32,000 nucleotides of DNA, taken from positions 30,001 to 62,000 of the forward strand of contig CAYNZZ010000002.1 in the NCBI GenBank assembly GCA_964401865.1. The letters are read 5' to 3'. The translations under genes and the position numbers were made by a program. The DNA is from an uncultured Erysipelotrichaceae bacterium (GTDB lineage: Bacteria; Bacillota_I; Bacilli_A; Erysipelotrichales; Erysipelotrichaceae). Positions 9,130 through 16,412 of this stretch are shown here, in pieces; the first letter of the stretch is position 1, and each line of letters opens with the position of its first letter. A model generated the notes under the pieces. That model searched no databases and was not told where the DNA came from. It saw nothing but the letters and a program-made list of their open reading frames with translations.

Positions 9130-12105
9130 ATGAAAAATGGACATAAATTTATATTAACTCTTGTCTTGATGACATTATTTCTTTCAGGAACATTACAATT
9201 AAATACTTTTAAAGCTGTAGCTAGTGAGTACTATAGCTTTTCTTGTGGTGTTAATGAGTATGAAGTTTCCTATATCAAGGATGATGGAAACTTTGAGAAA
9301 GAATCATGTCATAAAGATTATGCGAGTGCCAATTCTAGAATGAAAGAATTGGGTGAAGATTATGTGGTCAGAAGTGCTAGTTCTTTGTCGCCGACTAAAA
9401 TTGTATCAATGGTGAGTGGCATGGCCTATAGTTATCCGGCAAGGTCTGGTTCTAGCACGATGAATATTTATGAACATCCATCTGATCGCTCTATCTATAC
9501 AAAGACAACTTATATCACAAACCATTGGGAAATGACATATCATGAAACAGAACGTGTTTTAAGTGATGGCAAGCTTGGAATGATTAAAGTATCGATGAAT
9601 GGCTTTGAGGGTTATGCCGACTTAGAAAACACTGATTTAGTTCCTAGTAAATACATTGAAAAAAGCATCGCTATATATTTGGGTGGCAATGATACAACTG
9701 GCGAAAACGAACAGCCGTTTATGGTTATTCCAAGACAAAAATACTATGAGGCAGTGGATGATGGAAATTATGTAGATTTAGTTTTGACTTATCATCAGAT
9801 GTATCCAAGAAAAGGTTCATCAGAACCGGTTACTTATACATCAAAAATAGGGCCTGCTCCTAGTTTTATGAAACCTGGTCTTAAGTATTATTCAAGTGAT
9901 GGTATTCATTATTATAGCGATACCGAATTGAAAAACTATGTAGGTACTGATTATAGCTATTATCAATATCTACCACTTAGGTCAAAAACCAATATTTCAG
10001 CACCACAATTTGAAGCTTTTTTGAAAAACACTAGTTTTTATAATCAATCTAAATTGAAAAATGAAGCACAGAATTTTATTGATTCGCAAGATTTATACGG
10101 ATGCAATGCATTACTTGTATATGCTTTGGCTTGTCATGAATCGCTTTACGGAACTAGCAATTTTGCAATCGACAGAAATAATCTTTTTGGATGGAATGCA
10201 TTTGATTCCGATCCTAATCAAGCTTCACATTTTGAATCAATATCACAATCTATCAAAGAACAGATGGGTATTAATTTAAGAGGATTTATTGATGTTACTG
10301 ATGGTCGTTTCTTTAATTCGTCACTTGGGAATAAAGGAAGTGGAATGAATGTTAAGTATGCCTCAGATCCTTATTGGGGTGTAAAGATTGCTGCTATTGC
10401 TTATAATATCGATAAATTTGCAAACAATTATAATGGCAACTTAAGTGATTTTGATAAATATGACTTAGCATTGGTTGATGCATTTGATATAGATGTTAAA
10501 CAAGGGCCAGGAAGTAGTACCACTACTTTATATAAGACTGGATATGGCGGAAAATATCAGAAGGATTTTATCGTCATTAAATTAGGGGAAGTTGGTTCCT
10601 ACACTAAAATCCAATCAACTAATGCGATTGATGAAAATGGAAATATTAAAACACATCGAACACCAGTTACAACCGGTGATATAAATCCAATTTCTACTTA
10701 TGATTTCAATAAGAGTGTTGCCTATATTTTAAGTGACAATCTTGTTGCTTTGAATTACGAAAAACAAAATAATGATGCAGGTAAATACATCTTTGAATTA
10801 AACTCTTATGGATGGAACAATGATCTACTTCATATAGAAGGTAAGTCATACGTTGATGGATATAAGATTAGCAGTGTCGAAGATGTTGAGGTTACTTTTG
10901 AATTAATTGGTAGCAATGAAAGTTATTATTTCGTTTTAGACACTAGTTTAAAAAACGATTACGAGGTAAGTTTTATTGATGATATTGATATAAAAGACTT
11001 AAAAATTGATACTTATAAGATGAAAATTGTGACCACTTATAGTTCTAATGATAAGGAATATTCATCGGATATTAAGAATCAACAACTTTTGAATGTCAAA
11101 AATATTAATGGTAAACAGTATTCGTTCTTGATAGATAACTCCTACAATACAATCAGTGTTAGTGAGACAAGATACGAAGCTAACCCAATTAGACAATCAC
11201 TGTATAAAGCAACATTTGATAGTGGTGTTTTGAAAATAAATGGTATTGCAGTACTGGATAGAGTCAACATCATTAATGAAGAAGATATAAGCCATAAACT
11301 CGTTTTAATTGATAAAACTGATAGAGATAAGGTTTATGAATTTGAATTGAATAGTATTGAATCAAAAGGCTTTAGTCTAAATGATGGATATACTTATAAT
11401 TATCCAATGTTTGAAGGGGAAATAGATTTAAATGCCATTGATAATTCAACTTATGATATTTATATTGATGTGAAAGTCGGTAATATTGAAAAAAGAGCAC
11501 GATTATTCTCGACAATGAATTCGCACAACAATATTGTAGATAGTGTTGATAATGTGGTTTATCGTTTAACCACAAATCAGATATATGCTTTCGCATTTGA
11601 ACTGGATATTATGAATAATAATTTAGATTTTGATGAGTTGTCTAAACCGACTTTGAGTAATACTCTATTTGGATACGATACTATTAATGTTAAAGATGGT
11701 GTACTGAATATGAGTGGGTATGGAATGATTTACAAAACAAATTACCCAAATAACTCCAATAAAAAATATCACCAAGTATATTTAGTGGCTGATGACGGTA
11801 AGTCTTATCCTATCAACACTGAATCATATGCTTGCGAAGTAGATTATGCATCAATATTAGGAAGTGATAACAACTTAGATAATATGTGTTTTAGAGCATC
11901 TACTAAACTAGATTCCAGTATTTTACCTAGTGGTCACTATCGAATTTATTTAGGTATAACTTCTGACAATTATAATGATATTGTAGAATTTAGTAATCCT
12001 AATTATCGCAATATAGCTAGTATTGAATATAATGGCAGAAACTTTGTTTTCAACACAAGTTCTATAAGAGACCGTATTGAATTAACTATTGAAGGAAATG
12101 AGTAA
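9130..12105 (+). CDS. Secreted GH73 endo-beta-N-acetylglucosaminidase, 991 aa, with large N- and C-terminal accessory regions
   Basis: Signal peptide (LFLSGTLQLNTFKAVA/SE). Glucosaminidase core NALLVYALACHESLYGTSNFAIDRNNLFGWNAFD ... KYASDPYWG (catalytic Glu context and YAxDPYW motif). The C-terminal roughly 440 aa form three related modules. Confidence 0.85.
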   Translation: MKNGHKFILTLVLMTLFLSGTLQLNTFKAVASEYYSFSCGVNEYEVSYIKDDGNFEKESCHKDYASANSRMKELGEDYVVRSASSLSPTKIVSMVSGMAYSYPARSGSSTMNIYEHPSDRSIYTKTTYITNHWEMTYHETERVLSDGKLGMIKVSMNGFEGYADLENTDLVPSKYIEKSIAIYLGGNDTTGENEQPFMVIPRQKYYEAVDDGNYVDLVLTYHQMYPRKGSSEPVTYTSKIGPAPSFMKPGLKYYSSDGIHYYSDTELKNYVGTDYSYYQYLPLRSKTNISAPQFEAFLKNTSFYNQSKLKNEAQNFIDSQDLYGCNALLVYALACHESLYGTSNFAIDRNNLFGWNAFDSDPNQASHFESISQSIKEQMGINLRGFIDVTDGRFFNSSLGNKGSGMNVKYASDPYWGVKIAAIAYNIDKFANNYNGNLSDFDKYDLALVDAFDIDVKQGPGSSTTTLYKTGYGGKYQKDFIVIKLGEVGSYTKIQSTNAIDENGNIKTHRTPVTTGDINPISTYDFNKSVAYILSDNLVALNYEKQNNDAGKYIFELNSYGWNNDLLHIEGKSYVDGYKISSVEDVEVTFELIGSNESYYFVLDTSLKNDYEVSFIDDIDIKDLKIDTYKMKIVTTYSSNDKEYSSDIKNQQLLNVKNINGKQYSFLIDNSYNTISVSETRYEANPIRQSLYKATFDSGVLKINGIAVLDRVNIINEEDISHKLVLIDKTDRDKVYEFELNSIESKGFSLNDGYTYNYPMFEGEIDLNAIDNSTYDIYIDVKVGNIEKRARLFSTMNSHNNIVDSVDNVVYRLTTNQIYAFAFELDIMNNNLDFDELSKPTLSNTLFGYDTINVKDGVLNMSGYGMIYKTNYPNNSNKKYHQVYLVADDGKSYPINTESYACEVDYASILGSDNNLDNMCFRASTKLDSSILPSGHYRIYLGITSDNYNDIVEFSNPNYRNIASIEYNGRNFVFNTSSIRDRIELTIEGNE

Positions 12106-13791
12106 ATGAAAGATTTTTTTAAGAATAAAACCAATATTATACTAGTGACTGTTTTGGTACTGCTGTGCAGTTTAACTGTTTATCTTTTTGTTATGATTTA
12201 CGGTCCAAAGAATGTTGTTGCTATTGATTTTTCTAATTTGACCGAGCAAGAGATACTAGAGTGGAAGAAATCAAATGAATTGTCTGATGATGTATTTTCT
12301 ATTTCTTATCAATACAACGAAGAAGTAGAAAAAGATAAGGTTTGTTATCAATCGGTAAAAGAAGGAGATTCTATTACAAATGGTATCTCAATTATTATTT
12401 CTAATGGTCCAGATCCAGATTTAGATATTAAACTTCCAAATATTAGCGAAATGGATTATGAAAAAATGAAGGAATGGCTTGATAACAATAAGTTTTCTAA
12501 TTATCACTTTGAGTATGTTTTGGATGACGAACATGAAAAAAATGCAGTATTGAATATAAATGTCCAGAATTCAGCTAAAAGAAGCGATGAAATAATTATT
12601 TTTATTTCTGCTGGCAATGGCGAAGATGATCCAAATATCACAGTTCCTGACTTTAAATCGTATAGTATTGCTGAAATCAATGAATGGGGTGAGGCCAACA
12701 GAATTAATATCAAAATTAATTATGTGTTGTCCTCGACTTATGCAAGCGGAACTATTATCGAACAGAGTTTAAGCTCTTTTAGTGAAATAAGTATTGGTAG
12801 CACAATTACCATTACAATTTCACAAGGCGTTGGAATTACGATGAAGGATTTTTATAATAGTACTCGTTCTAATGTTGAAATATGGTGTAAAGAAAATAAT
12901 ATTAAAGCTAGCTATTATTATGTTGAATCAAATAGTGTAAGTGAAAATAGGGTTGTTTCAACCGAACCAAAAGCCGGTATATTAATCGGCTCAGGTGACA
13001 GTATTAAAGTTTATCTGGCCAAGGAAAAAGAAAATAAAGAAACTGTTATTGTTGATGGTGATAGACTAAACAAGACTGAGAAAGAGTTTGTTGAATATAT
13101 CAAGTCGTTAGGTTTAAATCCAGTCAAAGGAAGTACAGAATATTTTTCCACTACCATTATAAAAGGAAATGTTTTTAGTTATGATGACGGAGAATTTGAT
13201 AAGGGTTCAAATATCAATTACAACTTATCCGCTGGTCCTTATACTTTCGTAGCTAATGAATATAACGGCAAAAGCAAAGGCACAATAAACTCTCTTGTTT
13301 CTGAATACAATAATCGCAATGCACATATATCTGTTAAATTCAATGAAGTCGAGACTAATAAATATAACGAAGGTATTACTTTTGATTGTAAGTCATCTAA
13401 AAATGGAATTAATACTAATGTTACATGTAGCATCGCTAAGAAGGAAAGTGGCAGCGAACCTAGCCCATCTCCAAGTCCTTCGCCTAGCCCGACTCCAAGT
13501 CCTTCGCCTAGCCCGACTCCGTCGCCAACACCTACACCAACTCCAACTCCTGAACAAGAAAACTATATCGGTACGAAACTTTTATATAGCTCGCCAGATG
13601 GTTACGATGCGACATTGGAATTAGTGAATAGAAATTTAGGAGTTTTTGATTTAACTATTGTCGATGGGTTTGATGAAGCTTTAGCATCAGGTCAAATTAT
13701 TTCTATTTCTGTTGGTAATTACGGAACTGCTTATGATCCGGGACTTTATCCAATTTCTACCGAAGTAGTAGTGGTTATTAATAAGAAATAG
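12106..13791 (+). CDS. Membrane-anchored multi-PASTA-repeat protein without a kinase or transpeptidase domain
   Basis: Nine-residue cytoplasmic tail and one TM helix, then about 5-6 repeats of about 65 aa matching the PASTA pattern (e.g. ITVPDFKSYSIAEINEWGEANRINIKINYVLSSTYASGTIIEQSLSSFSEISIGSTITITISQG). A Pro/Ser/Thr linker precedes a final small domain. Confidence 0.7.
   Translation: MKDFFKNKTNIILVTVLVLLCSLTVYLFVMIYGPKNVVAIDFSNLTEQEILEWKKSNELSDDVFSISYQYNEEVEKDKVCYQSVKEGDSITNGISIIISNGPDPDLDIKLPNISEMDYEKMKEWLDNNKFSNYHFEYVLDDEHEKNAVLNINVQNSAKRSDEIIIFISAGNGEDDPNITVPDFKSYSIAEINEWGEANRINIKINYVLSSTYASGTIIEQSLSSFSEISIGSTITITISQGVGITMKDFYNSTRSNVEIWCKENNIKASYYYVESNSVSENRVVSTEPKAGILIGSGDSIKVYLAKEKENKETVIVDGDRLNKTEKEFVEYIKSLGLNPVKGSTEYFSTTIIKGNVFSYDDGEFDKGSNINYNLSAGPYTFVANEYNGKSKGTINSLVSEYNNRNAHISVKFNEVETNKYNEGITFDCKSSKNGINTNVTCSIAKKESGSEPSPSPSPSPSPTPSPSPSPTPSPTPTPTPTPEQENYIGTKLLYSSPDGYDATLELVNRNLGVFDLTIVDGFDEALASGQIISISVGNYGTAYDPGLYPISTEVVVVINKK
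13471..13518 (+). repeat. Perfect 24-bp tandem duplication inside the Pro/Ser/Thr linker
   Basis: CCAAGTCCTTCGCCTAGCCCGACT occurs at 13471-13494 and again at 13495-13518. It lies in a locally GC-rich stretch (about 13455-13550) encoding SPSPSPSPSPTPSPSPSPTPSPTPTPTPTP. Confidence 0.9.
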
Positions 13792-13826
13792 TTTTATACA
13801 TTGATTATTTTATACTTTTAACCGGT

Positions 13827-13854
13827 TTGACATTGTTATTTTGATGTATATAAT
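13827..13854 (+). promoter_or_regulatory. Consensus SigA-type promoter for the MATE/ATP-grasp unit
   Basis: TTGACA (13827-13832), 16-nt spacer, TATAAT (13849-13854). Confidence 0.6.
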
Positions 13855-13947
13855 TTAAGGAGTGCGAGAGGTACTCCTTTTATGCGATTTATTAAGCGTT
13901 TTTGTGTTTGGGAAGGTATATTAAAGCCTGAACAAATAAGGGGCGAA

Positions 13948-15282
13948 ATGCCAACAAATAAAAGTATATATTTAAAGACATTTGAAATGGCGTGGCCTAG
14001 TGCTTTGGAGAATGTTTTAATTGCTCTGATTGGTGCCATTGATATGATAATGGTAGGTTTTTTGGGTAAGGAAGCAATCTCTGCTGTTGGAATATGCAAT
14101 CAGCCTAAATTTATTGCTTTGGCTCCTATTCTGGCTCTTAATACTGCGACGATAGTTTTTGTAGCTAGAAGAAAAGGGGAAAATAAACAAAAATCTGCCA
14201 ATGATTATACAAGAATAGCGACCATTTTCTCTTTTATTTTCAGTCTATTGGTTTGCACACTTTTTTATTTTAATGCTAAAAGTATTTTGATTTTTGCGGG
14301 TGCCCAGAATGATTATATTGATTTATCAGTCGATTATTTTAGAATCATCTTAATAAGTTTGATACCTTATTCTGTTGGTTTGACTATTACTTCAGCTCAA
14401 AGAGGAGCTGGTTATACAAAAATATCTCTTATTACTAATTTGACTGCTAATTTAGTGAACATCTTTTTTAATTTTTTATTAATTCATGGCTATTGGGGTT
14501 TTCCGGCTTTAGGAGTCAAAGGTGCGGCTATTGCGACGGCTATAGGTAATTGTGTATCCTTTATAGTTGCGATTGTTTCTTTTTCACTTAAAAAGAGATA
14601 TTTACATATTACATTTAATAAAATCGAAAACTTCATCTCTAAAACAAAAAAGTTATTTAAAGTGGCTTTTAATGCCTTTATTGAGCAAATATTCTTACGT
14701 GTTGGCTTCTTTATCTATGCTAAGGTAGTTGCGGGACTTGGAACGGCAGAGTTTGCTGCACATCAGGTATGTATGAATATTATGAATATATCATTTGCCT
14801 TCGGAGATGGTTTGCAGGTGGCTAATACATCACTTGTAGGTCAATCATTGGGACAAAAGAGAAGCGATTTAGCAATTGTATACACTAGAATTGCACAATT
14901 GATAGGTATTTTAATTGCTTTTGTATTGTGCTTAATTATTGGTTTTTATTCAAATGAATTAGTTGCGATTTTTTCACCTGAAGCTGATGTTATTGCCTTG
15001 GCTTCGATTCCGATGAAAATACTGGGTTTTACGGTTTTATTTCAGATTCCTCAAGTTATTGTCATCGGGGCTCTTAGAGGTGCAGGAGATGTTAAATTCG
15101 TTGCGTGGATGATGTTATTATGTGTGGGAATGATTCGTCCAGCTCTATCTTATTTATTTGCCTATCCTTTAGGGCTAGGGATAATTGGAGCATGGATTGG
15201 CTTATTTATTGATCAGATTATGCGTTTTGCGATCTCGTTTGCGAGATTCCATAAAGGTGAATGGTTGAAGATTGTTTTATAA
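13948..15282 (+). CDS. MATE family efflux transporter
   Basis: Twelve-TM-like protein with a typical MATE N-terminus (LKTFEMAWPSALENVLIALIGAIDMIMVGFLGKEAISAVG) and internal duplication. The ORF is open from ATG 13882, but AAGGGG (13938-13943) supports ATG 13948. Confidence 0.85.
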   Translation: MPTNKSIYLKTFEMAWPSALENVLIALIGAIDMIMVGFLGKEAISAVGICNQPKFIALAPILALNTATIVFVARRKGENKQKSANDYTRIATIFSFIFSLLVCTLFYFNAKSILIFAGAQNDYIDLSVDYFRIILISLIPYSVGLTITSAQRGAGYTKISLITNLTANLVNIFFNFLLIHGYWGFPALGVKGAAIATAIGNCVSFIVAIVSFSLKKRYLHITFNKIENFISKTKKLFKVAFNAFIEQIFLRVGFFIYAKVVAGLGTAEFAAHQVCMNIMNISFAFGDGLQVANTSLVGQSLGQKRSDLAIVYTRIAQLIGILIAFVLCLIIGFYSNELVAIFSPEADVIALASIPMKILGFTVLFQIPQVIVIGALRGAGDVKFVAWMMLLCVGMIRPALSYLFAYPLGLGIIGAWIGLFIDQIMRFAISFARFHKGEWLKIVL

Positions 15283-15292
15283 AGGAGATACA

Positions 15293-16291
15293 ATGCGTTA
15301 TTTAAGAAGAATTTTGGAACTTGATTATAAAAAGATGTTTACAATGATTAAAAGAGTTCATAAGCGAAGCCATAAATCATATTTATTTATTATTTATGAC
15401 ATTTTTCGTTGTTCAAGAAAATTTGGTTCTGGTTATGTTGATTACTGTAATTTTCATTTTGAAGAACTTAGTGATGAATTAAAAGCCACATATGTAACTA
15501 GAATGGTTAATGATGAGTATTGTCGGGTTTTAAATGATCCTAATAGCTATGATTTAGTTAATGACAAACCTACTTTTTTAAGAGTTTACCAAAAATTTGC
15601 AAAAAGAGATTACTTAGATTTAAGAAATGCAACCTATGATGATTATTTTGAGTTTATAAAGAAACACCAAAAATTTATTGTTAAACCAGTTGATCAGCTA
15701 TGTGGTTCTGGTATCGAAATGGTTGAAATTAATGATAACGAAAAAGAAACATTCGATAAACTTATAGATAATAAACAGTTTTTGCTTGAAGAAATAATTG
15801 TTCAAGATGAAAAGATGGCCAGTTTGAATCCTAGTTCAATAAATACTATCAGAGTTGTTACAATAGTTAGAAATGGCAAAGTTTATACACCTTTTATTGC
15901 TTTGAGAATGGGCAGAAAGGATGTTGTAGTGGATAATTTTAATCATGGAGGTCTAAATGCATTGATCAACGATAGGGGAGTTGTTTATACCGTTGGTGTC
16001 AGCAAAGACGAGAAAGAATACGAGTTTCATCCTGATAGTAATGTCAAAATAAAGGGTTTTGAAATTCCGCACTTTGACGAATTGATAAAAGTAGCAAAAG
16101 ATGTTGCATTGGTAACTCCTTCACTTGGGATGTGTGGTTGGGATATGTGTATCAGTAAAGATAAAGGAATTTGTGTAATTGAAGGTAATCATTTACCTGG
16201 ATATGATCTATATCAGTGCTATGGACATCGTCCTGATAATAAAATTGGTAAAAAACCGATATTTGATGAAATAGTGTATGGCAATAAATAA
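15293..16291 (+). CDS. ATP-grasp enzyme, sugar-transfer-associated type (ATPgrasp_ST/TupA-like)
   Basis: GGAG lies 5 nt upstream of ATG 15293. FIVKPVDQLCGSGIE, NTIRVVT, DNFNHGGL and GWDMCISKDKGICVIEGN segments match the ATP-grasp architecture of this subfamily. Substrate unknown. Confidence 0.7.
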   Translation: MRYLRRILELDYKKMFTMIKRVHKRSHKSYLFIIYDIFRCSRKFGSGYVDYCNFHFEELSDELKATYVTRMVNDEYCRVLNDPNSYDLVNDKPTFLRVYQKFAKRDYLDLRNATYDDYFEFIKKHQKFIVKPVDQLCGSGIEMVEINDNEKETFDKLIDNKQFLLEEIIVQDEKMASLNPSSINTIRVVTIVRNGKVYTPFIALRMGRKDVVVDNFNHGGLNALINDRGVVYTVGVSKDEKEYEFHPDSNVKIKGFEIPHFDELIKVAKDVALVTPSLGMCGWDMCISKDKGICVIEGNHLPGYDLYQCYGHRPDNKIGKKPIFDEIVYGNK

Positions 16292-16323
16292 TACGAACTT
16301 AAATGTTCGTATTATTTTGTTTT
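16290..16323 (+). terminator. Intrinsic terminator
   Basis: AATACGAAC (16290-16298), 6-nt loop, GTTCGTATT (16305-16313), then ATTTTGTTTT. Confidence 0.8.
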
Positions 16324-16412
16324 GAACAGTTTTACGGTATATGGATTTATTCGTTATTATTTTGTCACTTTTTTAAGATATAATTAAATTAAGAAATAGT
16401 AGGAGGAAAACT

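Noticed and set aside
13295-13624. 109-aa alternative-frame ORF (…LQVLRLARLQVLRLARLRR…)
   Set aside because: It is the Pro/Ser/Thr linker repeat read in another frame inside the well-supported PASTA gene. It has no RBS and its composition is an artefact of the repeat.
16294-16309. LexA (Cheo) box-like CGAAC...GTTCG
   Set aside because: The spacer is 6 nt rather than 4. The element is the stem of the ATP-grasp gene terminator followed by a T-run, so it is structural rather than an operator.
16324-16412. Riboswitch or T-box leader upstream of nifJ, with the same check applied to the leaders of ygiQ and sufC
   Set aside because: The leaders are too short and lack the conserved cores I would recognise (T-box, TPP, SAM, cobalamin, FMN). 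Only TATAAT (16379-16384) and AGGAGG (16401-16406) are evident.
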